A stretch of 64,000 nt of DNA from Candidatus Binatia bacterium (GCA_038245295.1 JBBRSP010000001.1:128001-192000), one strand, 5' to 3'; positions 30,893 to 42,992 are shown, counted from the stretch's first letter. Numbers and translations: made by a program. Notes: generated by a model not told the origin, from the sequence alone.

Positions 30893-32137
30893 TCAGTGCG
30901 TCAGCGGCTGATCGAACTTCTTGCCCTTGAACTGACCGACGGCCTCCGCAGCGGCCTTGTCGCCGTCTTGCGCAAATCGTTGCAAAGAGTTGTAGGCCAT
31001 CGCCGCGATAGCCTCTTCGCCGTCCGCCAACGCTCCAAGGAGTACCGGGACCGCACGTGGGTCACCGAGCTCGCCCAATTGGCGCATCGCCATCAATCGA
31101 ACGAGGGTAGGTTGCCCGTTGACAGCAGGGATGAGGACCGGCACAGCGCGTCGATCCCCGAGGTCGGCCAGAACGAACGCCGCGTTCAGACTGCGCGCCG
31201 GATCGCCAAGAGCTTCTTGCGCGGACGAGCTCATTTGCTCCGACAAGCCGGTGCGTGGCGCCTGAGCCTTGCGGAAACTGCCGAGCAAGCGGCGAGCCAG
31301 GACGCTGGTCTGAAAGTCTCCCTCAACCGCCTGTTTGATCAGGACGGCCTGGCCGCTGGGTGTGTCGAGCGCGCTCTCGCAGGCGACAAGTGTGTGCGCC
31401 CGTACTTCCGGGTTCGGGTCCCGCACCAGATCTATCGCGCGAGTCTTCGCCTGCGATGCACCCATCGCACAGAGGGCATGCATGGCCCATAATCGGGTCG
31501 TCGGTTCGCCGGATTCTGTCGCCGCTATTAGCGTCGGAATCGCCGCCGGATCGCCGATCGCGCCAAGGGCGGCAAGGTAATCGTTGCGTACAGTAGTCTC
31601 ATTTTCCTTAGCGTACTGACGCAGCAGTGCCGGCACGGCGCGGCGATCGCGCAACACCGTCAGCGACTCCGCCACACGAAAACGGACGCGGATGCTGTCA
31701 TCATCGAGTGCGCTTACCAGGGCTCGAACGGCACTGTCACCCGGCTGCGACCGCAACGCATCGGCAGCCGCAACGCGGATCTCTTCGCTCGGATCCTGTA
31801 GTGCCTTTACCAGGGCGGGCATCGCGCCCGGACCAAGGGCGGCAAGCGCCGCGCGTTTTGGGGCTAACTCTTCTTCGTCGTCGACCGACTCAGCGGCCGA
31901 TTGCAAGAGACGCCGGACCGCGGTGCCGATCACATCCGTCTCGCCAGGTGGGGCAGGCGGCGTGCGCTGTTCACTCTTTGGTTTGGCCGAAGACTGACAC
32001 GGGACAACGAGGGCCAGGCAACAAGCGGCCAGGGTGAGCCAAGTGCAGGAGAAGGCTGCCCATTGGCTTTGGCGGGCCGCGGCGCGCTGCGGAGCACGCG
32101 CGCCACAGGCATTCGCGGCGCATCGTAAGATAGCCAT
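30893..32137 (-). CDS. HEAT/PBS-lyase repeat protein, probably exported
   Basis: Repeated ALGAIGDPAAIPTLI / LGELGDPRAVPVLL units; hydrophobic N-terminal segment; start uncertain. Confidence 0.8.
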   Translation of the reverse strand: MAILRCAANACGARAPQRAAARQSQWAAFSCTWLTLAACCLALVVPCQSSAKPKSEQRTPPAPPGETDVIGTAVRRLLQSAAESVDDEEELAPKRAALAALGPGAMPALVKALQDPSEEIRVAAADALRSQPGDSAVRALVSALDDDSIRVRFRVAESLTVLRDRRAVPALLRQYAKENETTVRNDYLAALGAIGDPAAIPTLIAATESGEPTTRLWAMHALCAMGASQAKTRAIDLVRDPNPEVRAHTLVACESALDTPSGQAVLIKQAVEGDFQTSVLARRLLGSFRKAQAPRTGLSEQMSSSAQEALGDPARSLNAAFVLADLGDRRAVPVLIPAVNGQPTLVRLMAMRQLGELGDPRAVPVLLGALADGEEAIAAMAYNSLQRFAQDGDKAAAEAVGQFKGKKFDQPLTH

Positions 32138-32145
32138 CCGGACGT

Positions 32146-33228
32146 CTAGCTCTTTATCGCCTGCTGCCGTAACCAATGGTCGGCGAGCACCAGGCAGGCC
32201 ATCGCTTCGATCATCGGGACGGCGCGTGGCAAGACACATGGATCGTGGCGGCCTTTGGCGGCGAGCATGACGGCATTCCCCTCACGATCCACCGTTTGTT
32301 GGGCCTGCGAGATAGTGGCAGTGGGCTTGAAGGCGACCCGGAAGACGATGTCTTCGCCATTGCTGATGCCCCCTTGTACTCCGCCCGAGCGATTACTCGT
32401 TGTACGCACGCGACCGGCGGCATCGGTGATGAAAGGGTCATTGTGTTGAATGCCGCTGAGCTCGATGCCGCCGAAGCCACTGCCGATCTCGAAACCCTTC
32501 GATGCTGGCAGCGACATCATTGCCTTGGCAAGGTCGGCTTCAAGACGATCGAACACTGGCTCGCCGAGACCGGGGGGGACGTTGCGGCAGACGCATTCGA
32601 CGATGCCACCCAGTGAATCACCGGCGCGGCGCGCCGTGTCGATCCGCGCAATCATCTGCTCGGCGATCTCCGCATCGGGACAGCGTACGATATTCGCCTC
32701 CACCGCGGCGAGGGTGACCGCCTGGGTATCGATGGTCGTCGCGATCGTCTGCACCTGCTTCACGTAGGAGAGAACTTCGACGCCGCAGGTCGATGCCAAC
32801 ATCTTGCGTGCGATGGCGCCGGCGGCAACGCGTCCGATCGTCTCCCGCGCCGACGCCCGCCCACCACCCTGCCAATTGCGGATGCCGTACTTCGCTTCAT
32901 ACGTATAGTCGGCGTGCGACGGGCGGTAGGTATCTTTGAAGTCGGCGTAGGCCGACGGTCGCGCATCCGTGTTGCGAACGAGAACGGCGATGGGCGTCCC
33001 CAGGGTTTTTCCCTCGAAGATACCGGAGAGGATCTCGGCGCGGTCGGGTTCGTCGCGTGGTGTGGTGATCTTGCTTTGCCCGGGGCGCCGCCGGTCGAGA
33101 TCACGCTGGATCTCCTCGACGCTCAGCGGCAAGCGTGGTGGACAGCCGTCAACGACGACGCCAACGCCACCGCCATGCGATTCACCGAAAGTACTAATGC
33201 GGAAAAGCTGCCCGAGGGTGGAGCCCAT
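32146..33228 (-). CDS. aroC: Chorismate synthase
   Basis: [31 protein letters not shown]. Confidence 0.97.
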   Translation of the reverse strand: MGSTLGQLFRISTFGESHGGGVGVVVDGCPPRLPLSVEEIQRDLDRRRPGQSKITTPRDEPDRAEILSGIFEGKTLGTPIAVLVRNTDARPSAYADFKDTYRPSHADYTYEAKYGIRNWQGGGRASARETIGRVAAGAIARKMLASTCGVEVLSYVKQVQTIATTIDTQAVTLAAVEANIVRCPDAEIAEQMIARIDTARRAGDSLGGIVECVCRNVPPGLGEPVFDRLEADLAKAMMSLPASKGFEIGSGFGGIELSGIQHNDPFITDAAGRVRTTSNRSGGVQGGISNGEDIVFRVAFKPTATISQAQQTVDREGNAVMLAAKGRHDPCVLPRAVPMIEAMACLVLADHWLRQQAIKS

Positions 33229-33242
33229 GCCGGGGGCGAATA

Positions 33243-33303
33243 GCAGACGGTGGACGGTAGACGGTAGTCGATAGATTCGATTTTCTACCGACTACCATCC
33301 ACC
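33243..33303. repeat. Degenerate heptamer repeats with inverted counterparts
   Basis: GACGGTG GACGGTA GACGGTA followed by CTACCGA CTACCAT CCACC. Confidence 0.5.
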
Positions 33304-33309
33304 GGGCCG

Positions 33310-35472
33310 TTAATCATCGTAGCGGATCACTGTAGCGAGATCGCCCACACCGAAGGTCTGGCCGATCGCTGAGCCGAAATCGACATCCAGCTCGGCCAGC
33401 GGGATGACCAGGCGTGCGCCGCTGTTGGTCGTCCAGTTGCTGCAATTGAAGTTGGTGCCGCTCAGGGTCACGGTGTAGGGCGAATTCGAACAAGTTCCGG
33501 TAAGGCCGTTGCCCCCCGGGCACTTGCGGGCATTGTTGATGGTTGTGGTGGCAGTGCCGGTTACCGCCCACGTTGTAGCACCGGCAATGGCAGTCCAACT
33601 GGAATCCGCAGGGCCAGGGCAGGCCGCGGTGGTGGATTGAGATTTCAATAAGATCGGAATAGCTGCTGCGCCGTTGCCCGTATTGGTCGCTGGGTTTGCA
33701 GGGTAGGTCAGCCAGGTGTTGTCCCAGGTCGGCGCCGGTGGGGCGCTCGTCGTGTGGCTGTCGACGACAACCGTGGCGTCGGCGTTGGTTCCACCGTTAC
33801 AGTCGATCGAGCCAACTCCATTCGCCTCCAGTCGTGTGCACACGTGATCGTTGCTGGCGGCACTCGGCTGCTGCGCATCAATGACCACTGCCGAGGCGAG
33901 GCTCAGCGTTGCAACACCATTTCCGTCCGGAGCTCCACCGGTCAAAACGATCGGTCCCGAGGTGAAGTTGCCGCGCGTGGCACTGCAGACCGCGCCGGCA
34001 AAGCCACCCGTTGGTGGGCCTTTGATCTTTTGCCACGACGTGGTCGCGGTGTCGGCCGGACAGACCGAGGTGTCACCGGTAGCGACGGTGAAATTGAGAG
34101 TGCCCAGGACGGTGGTCACCGGGGTTGCCGTCGGCGTCAGGCTGCTGGTCGCCGTTGGGCTCGGTGTCGATGTCGCCGTCACGGTCGGCGTGTCGGTTAC
34201 CGTCGGAGTATTCGTCGGGGTCGCCGTGACCGTTGGGGTATTGGTTGAAGTGCTCGTTGGCGAGGGCGTGCTGGTGGCCGTCTGCGTGTTCGTAGGGGTG
34301 CGCGTTTTCGACGGCGTTTGTGTCGGTGTGTCGGTTGGTGTTCCGGTGATCGTCGGTGTGTCGGTCGGTGTTTCGGACGGGGTAGGGGTGTAGGTCGGGA
34401 CGCCCACTTCCAGAGTCGCCGACGGCGTCGCCGTTCGGGTCACCGTCGGCGTGCGGGTGATCGTCGGTGTATTCGTCGGTGTTTGGGTAGGTGTGCCGGT
34501 GCGTGTTGGCGTGTCGGTCGCTGTATCGGTCGCGGTCGGAGTCGGCGTTGATGTGCGGGTCGGGGTGTCGGTTGGTGTGTCGGTGGCGGTGTTGGTGACC
34601 GACGGCGTTGGCGTGACGGTTGCCGTGTTGGTCACCGTTGGTGTTACCGTCAGTTGGCGCGGCTCATACACGTTGATGAACGTATCGTTGGCGAAGGTTT
34701 CGGTACCGGCGTTAATACACGCGACTTCCGCGGTCTCGGTTGCGGCGCAACTGGCCAGACCGCCGAGGATGGCGTCGTTGCACTTGTTCTCGATCACCGT
34801 GTCGGCGCCAAGGCGCGCCTTCTGGATCTTCATGGCGCTGTCGTCGGTCATACAATCGAGCGGCCCGAGCTTACCGATGTCTTCCTTGTACTGGCAGGCC
34901 TGCTGCAAGCGCGATAGCGCCGTGAAGTATTTGCGCATGCCCGTGCCGACGCCGTCCTGACAGGTCAGCTTGAGGGTTGGGCCGCCCTGGACCGGTGGGT
35001 CGGGTAGTGTGCCGTAGGCCGTGGTGGCGGCGGCGGTGGAGTCGACCCGAGCTTGGCAGGCCAGGCAAGCCGCGACGCTGGTGTAGCTCGAGGTGATCGA
35101 GGTCGATTCACAGGGCGCCAAGCAGACATTGTACCCGAGGGCGTGGGGCAACGATGCGCCGGCGCCATCACACTTCTTGGTGGCGATGGTGGTGAGTTTG
35201 GTTTCCTTAGCGACGATACCCACAAGCGCCTTGCCGGGCAGCGTGCTGATATTGTTGCAGTCGAGCGAGGCTGGATACGTCGGATTGGTGCCTGTCATGC
35301 GGAGTTTCTGGCACTTGATCTGTTCTCTCAGGATCTTGATCGCTAAGACGCGTGTGCCGGCGCCGAGTGCCTTGCGGCATTTTGCATCAGCGGTGGTCAG
35401 CGCTTGCACCTGCGCACTGCCGACAACCGTCGTGACCAATACCGCGACCAGCAACCTCAGGTGGTGCCGCAT
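33310..35472 (-). CDS. Secreted Cys-rich protein with long Thr/Pro linker and conserved C-terminal domain
   Basis: Signal peptide from ATG 35472; Cys-rich N-domain; ~180-aa TPT linker; ~265-aa C-domain shared with the upstream gene. Confidence 0.8.
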   Translation of the reverse strand: MRHHLRLLVAVLVTTVVGSAQVQALTTADAKCRKALGAGTRVLAIKILREQIKCQKLRMTGTNPTYPASLDCNNISTLPGKALVGIVAKETKLTTIATKKCDGAGASLPHALGYNVCLAPCESTSITSSYTSVAACLACQARVDSTAAATTAYGTLPDPPVQGGPTLKLTCQDGVGTGMRKYFTALSRLQQACQYKEDIGKLGPLDCMTDDSAMKIQKARLGADTVIENKCNDAILGGLASCAATETAEVACINAGTETFANDTFINVYEPRQLTVTPTVTNTATVTPTPSVTNTATDTPTDTPTRTSTPTPTATDTATDTPTRTGTPTQTPTNTPTITRTPTVTRTATPSATLEVGVPTYTPTPSETPTDTPTITGTPTDTPTQTPSKTRTPTNTQTATSTPSPTSTSTNTPTVTATPTNTPTVTDTPTVTATSTPSPTATSSLTPTATPVTTVLGTLNFTVATGDTSVCPADTATTSWQKIKGPPTGGFAGAVCSATRGNFTSGPIVLTGGAPDGNGVATLSLASAVVIDAQQPSAASNDHVCTRLEANGVGSIDCNGGTNADATVVVDSHTTSAPPAPTWDNTWLTYPANPATNTGNGAAAIPILLKSQSTTAACPGPADSSWTAIAGATTWAVTGTATTTINNARKCPGGNGLTGTCSNSPYTVTLSGTNFNCSNWTTNSGARLVIPLAELDVDFGSAIGQTFGVGDLATVIRYDD

Positions 35473-35608
35473 AAGTAGACTCCCCGTTCTTCTGCCAGAA
35501 ACCCTAATGAATTGACTGGCGCGACCGTACCGCACGGGCGCGGCCCCAGTCAAATATATTCTACCCCGGTGCCGTAGGATGGCCGCGGCGCGACTACTTT
35601 TGTCCTCA

Positions 35609-38425
35609 TCAGTCGTTGAAACGGGCCACGGTGGCCAGGTCTCCGACGCCAAACGTTGCACCTGCCGCCGAACCGAAGTCGGTATCGAGATCCGCCTTCG
35701 GGATGACGATGCGGCCGCCGCTGTCACTGTTCCAATTGCTGCAATTGAAGTTGGTGCCGCTCAGCGTCACCGTGTACGGTGCGTTCGGGCATGTCCCTGT
35801 CAGACCGTTGCCGCCCGGACACTTACGCGCCGAGTTGATCGTCGTGGTCGCGCTGCCGGTGACGGCGACCGTCGTAATGGCGCTGACGCTGTTCCAACTC
35901 GCATCACTTGGTGCCGGACAAGCGCCCGATGTCGTTTGCGCCTTGATGGAAACTGGAATGACAGCGGCGCCGCTCCCCGAGTTGGTGGCCGGGTTCGCCG
36001 GGTAGGTCAGCCAGGTGTTGTCCCACAGCGGTGCCGGCGGGGCGCTGCTGCCGTTGCTGTTCACCGTGACGCGCGCATCAGCATTGCTGCCGCCGTCGCA
36101 ATCGATGCTCCCATTCCCATTCCCCTGGAGGCGCCAGCAGACGTGATTGTTGCTCGCTTGCGAAGGTTGCTGCGCGTCGATGACGACGGCCGACGCTACC
36201 GCCAGGGTGGCGATACCGTTGGCGTCGGGACTGCCTCCACTCAACACGATTGGCCCCGAGGTGAAGTTGCCGCGCGTTGCATTGCACACGGTTCCGGCGA
36301 AGCCACCGGTGGGAGGTCCTTGAATCTTCATGAAGGAGCCCGCCGCCGAGTCGGCCGGGCAGAGGCTGTTGTTGCCGGTCGTAATCGTGAAGTTCAGGGT
36401 GCCAAGCGGCGTTCGAGTATTGGTGGCCGTCGGTGGCGGTGTTGCGGTGCGGGTGGTTGTCGCCGCCGGCGTGTCGGTGACGGTCGGCGTCATCGTTCCG
36501 GTAGCCGTGTCTGTCGGCGTCTGGGTCGGCGTGCCCGTTTGGGTCACGGTTGGTGTCAATGTTGGTGTGTCGGTCGGTGGCACCACCCCCGTGGGTGTTT
36601 GGGTAGAGGTGCCGGTGATCGTCGGCGTATTGGTGACCGTCCGCGTCGGAGTCCGTGTGGCACTCGGCGGGAGAGTACCGGTGGTCGTCCGGGTATTGGT
36701 CGGTGACGATGTCGGTGTCTCCGTCTTCGACGCCGTCGGCGTTACCGTGGCGGTGTTCGTCACCGTCGCTGTAATCGTTGCTGTCGCGGTCCGTGTCGGT
36801 GAGCCGGTGGGGGCGCGGGTGTTCGTTGGCGTCGGGGTGGGCGCGCCCTGGACGATCATCTGCAAGCGCAACGCCGTGGCGATGTCGAAGTTCTGATTGA
36901 GGATCGGCGCGTCGAAATCCACGGCGTAGCCTGGAACGACCACGCTGGTGGCTGGCGCACTGAGAGTGTTCCAGGTTGCGCAATCGAACGGCGTGCCGCC
37001 GAGGGCCACGGTGGTATTGACGCCGTAGGCATATTCATCGCGTTCGTGTTGGAGCGTGTTGAAGACGCTGGCGCTGCCGTCGCTGGTGGTGAGGGCAGTG
37101 TGCAGGATCGGCGCTTGCGAGTAGTCGGCGTCGGCACATTCGGCTTCGTTGTCCGGCGTCTTGGTGAGTTGCAGCAGCACCGGGATCACCGCAGCGCCCG
37201 GACCGGAGTCGGCGCCGCCGGCGCCGATGCTGAGCGTCGGCGCGCCGGCGGCGGCGCTGCCATGGCTATCGATGGTCGTTGTGACGTCGGCGTTGCTGCC
37301 ACCGTCGCAATCAACCCAGCCCGTCGTCATCGGATCCGGTTGAAGCTTGACGCAAACCCGTCCGACTTCGCCGACCGCCTGAGCGAGGTTGGGCAACAAG
37401 CCGCCGAGGTAGGCGGTGGTCGCCAAAGAGAGAGGCGCGATGCCGTTCATGTCGGCAGCACCCTTTTGGACGATCACCGGGCCCGGGTTGAGTTTGCCGT
37501 CGGTGGCGTTTTCGACCAGGCCGTTGCCGGTGATGTCGGTCAAGCGGAACCACGAGGCGCCACCATCGTCGATCGGCACAATCGCTGTCACGCCGCGCAA
37601 GACATTATAGACGGCGCAGTCGAATCCCGGTGCGCAGGGAAACGGTGTTGGGGTGGCCGTGGGTGTCGGTGTCGGGCCTTCGATCTGGCAGCCCTGGTCG
37701 CAGCCGTCGTGATTGAGCCGATTGCCGTCGTCACAGGTTTCGTGGTCGGACTCGATGATGTGGTTGCCGCAGGTGCTTGGGCGGCACTGTAGGGAGAGAG
37801 CGTCACTGTCGAGTCCCGACAGGGATGTGGCGCTGCGTAACTTGAACCGTCGCGTCGCCGGCTTCGCAACGCCTTGGGCGGTGAGGCGCAGGGGAACCTT
37901 CAGGCCGAACTCTTCGGAGCACTTGTTCTGTGCCTGGTTCGGAATTCCGAGGAAGTAGACGTAGCCGAAACGCGCCGTGATGACGCCGAGACCGCCCTCG
38001 CCGATCTGGCTTTCCAGGGCGCCGACGTTGGCAATGTCGGTTGCTTCGAGGCTGTTCGGGTTCGGCCTCTGAATTTCGATGGTGTTGACGTCGCTCGGCG
38101 TGCAGGTTGTCAGGCGCGGATCATGGTTGTTGATGCAGACCGTGGTGTTGACCGTGCAGCTGTTGTTGTTGAGATCCGGGTCGGCGTCACACCGCGGGTC
38201 GCCTTCCCAGCAGCGCAGCGAGTTGCGCGGGATACCGGTCTTCTTGATCGGCGGCACGCCGGTGGTGACCCACTCGACGTAGCAGTCGGTGCGCTTCGGG
38301 CCGCTGCTCGGGATACAGTGATTGTTGGGGGCCGTCTGGGTGCAAGGTTGAGCCTCCACAATAGAGACGAGAGACCCAATCAGGATCCCGAGTAAGCCGA
38401 TTCGCATGTGGTGCCGTCCCCGCAT
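35609..38425 (-). CDS. Secreted multidomain protein: Myxococcus-type Cys-rich repeat, Thr/Pro linkers, two copies of the shared domain
   Basis: Signal peptide; [27 protein letters not shown]; two [14 protein letters not shown] domains. Confidence 0.8.
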   Translation of the reverse strand: MRGRHHMRIGLLGILIGSLVSIVEAQPCTQTAPNNHCIPSSGPKRTDCYVEWVTTGVPPIKKTGIPRNSLRCWEGDPRCDADPDLNNNSCTVNTTVCINNHDPRLTTCTPSDVNTIEIQRPNPNSLEATDIANVGALESQIGEGGLGVITARFGYVYFLGIPNQAQNKCSEEFGLKVPLRLTAQGVAKPATRRFKLRSATSLSGLDSDALSLQCRPSTCGNHIIESDHETCDDGNRLNHDGCDQGCQIEGPTPTPTATPTPFPCAPGFDCAVYNVLRGVTAIVPIDDGGASWFRLTDITGNGLVENATDGKLNPGPVIVQKGAADMNGIAPLSLATTAYLGGLLPNLAQAVGEVGRVCVKLQPDPMTTGWVDCDGGSNADVTTTIDSHGSAAAGAPTLSIGAGGADSGPGAAVIPVLLQLTKTPDNEAECADADYSQAPILHTALTTSDGSASVFNTLQHERDEYAYGVNTTVALGGTPFDCATWNTLSAPATSVVVPGYAVDFDAPILNQNFDIATALRLQMIVQGAPTPTPTNTRAPTGSPTRTATATITATVTNTATVTPTASKTETPTSSPTNTRTTTGTLPPSATRTPTRTVTNTPTITGTSTQTPTGVVPPTDTPTLTPTVTQTGTPTQTPTDTATGTMTPTVTDTPAATTTRTATPPPTATNTRTPLGTLNFTITTGNNSLCPADSAAGSFMKIQGPPTGGFAGTVCNATRGNFTSGPIVLSGGSPDANGIATLAVASAVVIDAQQPSQASNNHVCWRLQGNGNGSIDCDGGSNADARVTVNSNGSSAPPAPLWDNTWLTYPANPATNSGSGAAVIPVSIKAQTTSGACPAPSDASWNSVSAITTVAVTGSATTTINSARKCPGGNGLTGTCPNAPYTVTLSGTNFNCSNWNSDSGGRIVIPKADLDTDFGSAAGATFGVGDLATVARFND

Positions 38426-38587
38426 TCGTCATTCCCTCGCCGCGATGGCACCAACGCAGGCTGCCCTCTGCCCAAACAGTTGTTTGATGGGCAACCTAGC
38501 ATGGCTTCAGAGGCCTAGGTCAAGAAAGAAATCGCTGCGGCACCAGAGCCCGCGCCGAAGCCTGGAACCTGCGTTCGCCGGGTTTCG

Positions 38588-39433
38588 TCAATCGGTGGAG
38601 CCCAGGCGGTGTCCTCGCGCGGCGCGCTGGCGCGCGCGTTCGACAATCTCAGGGGGGACCGGATCACTCTGCGCCATCCCGAACCGCAGGAGGCCCGGCG
38701 CTACCAGGCGTAGGAAACGCGCCGTCATCAGCATGAGGCTGTGCTTTGGAATCGTCATCTCGAAGCGTTTCTTTTCGATGGCTTCGAAGATGGCATCGGC
38801 AATCATCTGCGGCGGAAACTTCTTGCCTTTGTAGGCGACGGGTTCGTCTTCCTTGTCCCAGATCTCCGTATCGATCGGTCCGGGATTGATGATGGCGGCA
38901 TGGATGTTCGAGCCGGCGAGGTCATTCCACAGAGCTTCGGTGAACGAGTTCATCGCCGCCTTCGAGGCGGCATACATGGCCTCGCGTGGTGGTGAGACCT
39001 TGGCGGCGAAGGACGAGATGTTGACGATGGTGCCGCCGCCTTGTTTGAGCATCGGCGGGATCGCCGCCAGTGTCGTCCACACGCATGACTGGAAGTTGAC
39101 GCGCATGACGAAGTCCGCCTCGTCGGCCGACATGTGGTAGATCTGTTTGTGTTTGGAGACCGCCGCGTTGTTGATCAGGACATCGAGTCGGCCGAAGCGC
39201 GCCACGGTGTCGTCGATGACTTTCTCGGCGAAGGGCCGCTCGCCGAGATCGCCGGCAAGGTAGATCGTCGCCGGGCTCCGTGGGCGACACTCGTCGACGA
39301 GCTTCTGCAGCAGCGCTTCGCGCCGCGCCACGGCAACCACCGTGGCGCCACGCTCGGCGAAGGCCTTGGCAGTCACGTAGCCGATGCCGGAGGATGCTCC
39401 GGTGATGACGACGACGCTTCCCTTGTAGTTCAT
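38588..39433 (-). CDS. SDR oxidoreductase
   Basis: TGASSGIG, NNAA, YAASK. Confidence 0.9.
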   Translation of the reverse strand: MNYKGSVVVITGASSGIGYVTAKAFAERGATVVAVARREALLQKLVDECRPRSPATIYLAGDLGERPFAEKVIDDTVARFGRLDVLINNAAVSKHKQIYHMSADEADFVMRVNFQSCVWTTLAAIPPMLKQGGGTIVNISSFAAKVSPPREAMYAASKAAMNSFTEALWNDLAGSNIHAAIINPGPIDTEIWDKEDEPVAYKGKKFPPQMIADAIFEAIEKKRFEMTIPKHSLMLMTARFLRLVAPGLLRFGMAQSDPVPPEIVERARQRAARGHRLGSTD

Positions 39434-39437
39434 GCTC

Positions 39438-40613
39438 TCAGCCGAACAGCACCGGCAACTGATTGGGCGAGCGGAACGCCACTCCCTGGATCCAGCTTTC
39501 CTGACTGGGATCGAGGCGCAGATTGGGCAATCGATCGAGGAGCGCGTTCACCGCCGTTGTTACTTCCAGACGGGCGAGGTGGTAGCCGAGGCAGAAGTGT
39601 TTGCCCAAGCCGAACGACAGGTGATCGTCGGCGTGGCGATTCAAATCGAAGCGATCCGGATCCTTGTAGTGGTTCTCATCACGATTGGCGGGGCCGACCA
39701 TGACCGAAACATACGAGTTCGCTGGAATGTCGACACCCCCGACGGTTACATCGCGTTCGGTCATCCGCGCTGTGCCGGGCAGCGGCGTTTCCCAACGCAG
39801 CGTTTCCTCCAGAGCCCAGTGCAATTGCTTGCGATCGCTGCGTACCGTTTCCAGCGCCTCGGGGTGCGCCAGCAGCGAGTAGAGGACATTGCCGAGCAGT
39901 CGGAACGTCGTCTCGGCGCCGGCCGGCAGCAGCAGAAGGAGAAAGCCGAAAATGTCGTCGTCGGTTAGGTGCTGGCCTTCGACTTCGGCGGCGACGAGCT
40001 CGCTGATCAAGTCGTCTTGCGGCGACTCGCGCCGCGCCGCGACTACCGGTCGGAGAATGTCTTTCAATTCGCGCGACGCGGCGAGGCCGGCCTCGGGTGC
40101 CGTCGATTTGTAGCCGATCAAGTCGAGCGACAGTTTCTGGAAATGCGCGTAGTTGTCGATCGGCACGCCGAGAAGTTTGGCGATGACGATGAGCGGGTAG
40201 TCGGTTGTCAATTGGCGCACCAGCTCGGCGCGTCCGTTGCCGCGGCAAATCTCGGTGACGAGCTCGTCTACCAATGGTTCGACCAGCTTGACGCGGTAGC
40301 GTTCGATCGACTGCGGGCGAAAGGCGTTCGACACCAGGCCGCGATGCGTGGTGTGGGCGCGACCGTCCATCTCGAGGATCGTCCGACCCATCACCGGCCC
40401 CATGACCTGGTGCATGATGCGCGAGGAAAAGATGTCCGAGTTCTTCAAGGCGAAAGAGACGTCGTCGTAGGAGAGCAGAAGGTAGAAGGTCCGACCCTGC
40501 ACATCCACGGCGGGTATGCGCTGCGTCTGCCGCATCATCGCGAACATCGGATACGGATCGCGCACGTCCGAAAGGATCGAGCCGTCAAACATGCCGGGAG
40601 CATCTTCAGCCAT
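39438..40613 (-). CDS. Cytochrome P450
   Basis: AGAETT I-helix, EETLR, FGLGKHFCLG haem ligand. Confidence 0.95.
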   Translation of the reverse strand: MAEDAPGMFDGSILSDVRDPYPMFAMMRQTQRIPAVDVQGRTFYLLLSYDDVSFALKNSDIFSSRIMHQVMGPVMGRTILEMDGRAHTTHRGLVSNAFRPQSIERYRVKLVEPLVDELVTEICRGNGRAELVRQLTTDYPLIVIAKLLGVPIDNYAHFQKLSLDLIGYKSTAPEAGLAASRELKDILRPVVAARRESPQDDLISELVAAEVEGQHLTDDDIFGFLLLLLPAGAETTFRLLGNVLYSLLAHPEALETVRSDRKQLHWALEETLRWETPLPGTARMTERDVTVGGVDIPANSYVSVMVGPANRDENHYKDPDRFDLNRHADDHLSFGLGKHFCLGYHLARLEVTTAVNALLDRLPNLRLDPSQESWIQGVAFRSPNQLPVLFG

Positions 40614-40680
40614 GACTACCTCCGGCGCCAGCGCTTAACCTAACGACTGTTAGGGATCAATCGAAATTCTCGCTCAGGGG

Positions 40681-40761
40681 CTCACGCAGACCCGCGAAGG
40701 CGCAGGGAGAACGGGAAAAATACCCGGCGTTCTCTTCGCGGCTTTGCGGCTCTGCGTGAGA
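40681..40761. repeat. Imperfect inverted repeat of the CGCAGAG/CTCTGCG class
   Basis: CTCACGCAGACCCGCGAAGGCGCAGGGAGAA pairs imperfectly with TTCTCTTCGCGGCTTTGCGGCTCTGCGTGAG; related element at 53439-53515. Confidence 0.55.
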
Positions 40762-40816
40762 CTTGCCGTGTGTTGGCAGGCGAAAGCAGCGCCTGATGTG
40801 GATCAGCGGCTCAAAC

Positions 40817-40856
40817 AACAGCGGCCTGCCTCGGGGTTCCAAGGCAGGCCGCTGTT
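40817..40856 (-). terminator. Intrinsic terminator after the SGNH gene
   Basis: 15-bp perfect stem AACAGCGGCCTGCCT/AGGCAGGCCGCTGTT with a T-rich tail on the minus strand. Confidence 0.7.
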
Positions 40857-40879
40857 TCGGAGCTTGTGGAAAGGGTCGG

Positions 40880-41929
40880 TTACGGTAGTAGGAGGTAGGT
40901 CTGGTACCCCATGCGCGTATGACCTTGCTGGTTGGTTGCCGGTGGAACAGCCTGGGCGCTCGACCCCGAACAGGTCCCACCCGGGATGATCCCGAAGCCG
41001 CATGTCGTCGAGCCATAGTACGTCGGGTGGGTGTCATCGCTTTGGATGTAGTCGTAACTGCTGGTGGCCGTCACGAGCTTGAAGTTGGCATCGCGCAGCG
41101 TCGACTTGAGCGTGCTGGTGATGCGGGTGACGTAGGCTGCTTCGGTCTCGCCGGGAATGAACTTGAGAGCCGCGGAGTCTACCTGGCCGTCACCGTTCGA
41201 ATCGTAATCAGCGCCCATGAAGGCAGCGAAGGAGTCGGTGCAGGTGAATCCCTTCTGCGAGGCGAGGTTGCATGCGCGATAGTTGCTCTTGGCCATGTAC
41301 GGCAGGAAAAAGTCGCGACGGTTGACCTTCACCCCATTCACAGTGCAGCCGGTCAACACATTGTCGGCGTTGTACCCGGGGTAGAAGAGATTCGCGATGT
41401 TCTTCGTGACCACGTTCGCGCCCTTGTTGGCGTTGATGTAGTCCATCGCCGCACCCATGTAGTACGTGCAGTTGGAGAGGGCCGTGTTGAGTCCGCTGAG
41501 GTCACACACACCGCTCTGGCCGGCGAACGCACTGCGGGCCTGGAGATAATCGTTACCGCACATCTCGAAGGTGACGATCTTTGCGTTCGAGCTCTGCATA
41601 TAGGAGCGCTCGCCGACGATCTTGTCGTTGTAGATCGAGTCGGCCTTCGCTCCCGACGTCGTGCGGCGAACGATTTCCATGTCGGCGTTCCACCAGGAAG
41701 CCTGGTACTCGCCGGCAATTTCCGGCGCCGCCGTCTTCGCCACCGACCAGATCGAGCCGTGGTAGCCGGCGTAGATCGAATCGCCGTACGCCGTGATGCG
41801 ATACTTCGTCGTGGTGCCGGCGCGGTCGATGGTCCACGTCGAGTTCTGGGTGAGTGTGGATGCGCCGGCAACCGCACTCGTAGCCAGAATCGCTACCGCC
41901 ATAGCGAAACTTCCAATCGTTTTGCTCAC
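40880..41929 (-). CDS. Secreted SGNH/GDSL hydrolase
   Basis: Signal peptide; YGDSI (block I), SGA, CGND (block III), DDTHP (block V). Confidence 0.85.
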   Translation of the reverse strand: MSKTIGSFAMAVAILATSAVAGASTLTQNSTWTIDRAGTTTKYRITAYGDSIYAGYHGSIWSVAKTAAPEIAGEYQASWWNADMEIVRRTTSGAKADSIYNDKIVGERSYMQSSNAKIVTFEMCGNDYLQARSAFAGQSGVCDLSGLNTALSNCTYYMGAAMDYINANKGANVVTKNIANLFYPGYNADNVLTGCTVNGVKVNRRDFFLPYMAKSNYRACNLASQKGFTCTDSFAAFMGADYDSNGDGQVDSAALKFIPGETEAAYVTRITSTLKSTLRDANFKLVTATSSYDYIQSDDTHPTYYGSTTCGFGIIPGGTCSGSSAQAVPPATNQQGHTRMGYQTYLLLP

Positions 41930-42059
41930 TATACCCCTCCCCGGTTAAAGTTTGATCCTCGCGCCATACGGCAAAATGGAGAGAACCACAAGAAAAATTG
42001 GCGACTGACGACACTTTCGCTAATGAGAGGGCGGTGCAATCAGCAGGAAGGGGCCGCGT

Positions 42060-42917
42060 GTGAGCGGCGAGATTCCGGGGCAAGTGCCGGTGAAAGTTTA
42101 TCCCTGGCCGGTGCGCCTTCTCGTCGGTGGGCTCGTCGCCCTTAGCGGTCTGGGTCTGCCGGCCAGCCTGGTGATTCTGACGACGTACCCCCGACTTCTG
42201 CTGCCGCTTGCACGCGCGTTGTTCGAAGCCAGACTGATCTTGGTGCTGAGCGTCGCTCCGTTGCTCGTGGCGCGTGCCCTGCAGTGGCTGTGCACCGCAC
42301 GAATCAGCTGCGACGAGGAAACCGTCCACGTGATCGGACGCGCGCTCCGGATCGACATCCCGCGCGCGTCGATCGACCGCCTCGCGCCTTGGGTTGTACC
42401 GTTGCCTGCGGCCGGCTTCGGTTTCGTCATGCGCTCCGGGAAACGCCTGCGCTACGGAGTGGAGGCGCGCGACCTGGGAAAGGTGCAGGCCAAGATCGGG
42501 GTGCCCTCGGCACCGTTGTTCCTTGAGCACCCGAGCGCGGCCTATGCGGTGGCGCGACAGAGAGTGGTTTGGCGTTGGTATCATCTGGCCTTCAAGTTCG
42601 CGCTGTTTCCGTTGTTGCCGGGTCTGCTCATCTTCCGCCTACACCAATTCATCACGTTCGGCGGCGCGTTCGGCGAGTACTACTTGTCTGGGCTGCGGCC
42701 ATACCTCACGACGTTGACCATCTACGTGGCGATGACTTGTATGGACTGTCTCCTTTGGGCGAGCCTGTGGCGCACCGTCGGCGAAATCGGCGCCTTCGCC
42801 GCCACCCAGGTGCGGCCGTCGGCCAGCGTTGCGATACGGCGGGCGATCGAGGTCTTGTGCAGCCTCCTATACTACGGCGGCATTGCGGCGATGATCTTGT
42901 ATGCCTTCCTGCGTTGA
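42060..42917 (+). CDS. Hypothetical polytopic membrane protein
   Basis: About five TM segments; FRLHQFITFGGAFGEYY loop. Confidence 0.7.
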   Translation: MSGEIPGQVPVKVYPWPVRLLVGGLVALSGLGLPASLVILTTYPRLLLPLARALFEARLILVLSVAPLLVARALQWLCTARISCDEETVHVIGRALRIDIPRASIDRLAPWVVPLPAAGFGFVMRSGKRLRYGVEARDLGKVQAKIGVPSAPLFLEHPSAAYAVARQRVVWRWYHLAFKFALFPLLPGLLIFRLHQFITFGGAFGEYYLSGLRPYLTTLTIYVAMTCMDCLLWASLWRTVGEIGAFAATQVRPSASVAIRRAIEVLCSLLYYGGIAAMILYAFLR

Positions 42918-42992
42918 ATTGGGTCATCGGGATGATCCACCCCGCTCATTGTGCGCCCATCCCGTGGCGCGTATTCTGGGGGCGGAGGGGTA

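Noticed and set aside
34110..36845. CRISPR-like or VNTR array
   Set aside because: The repetition comes from degenerate Thr/Pro codons inside ORFs. There is no fixed repeat-spacer period and no cas genes.
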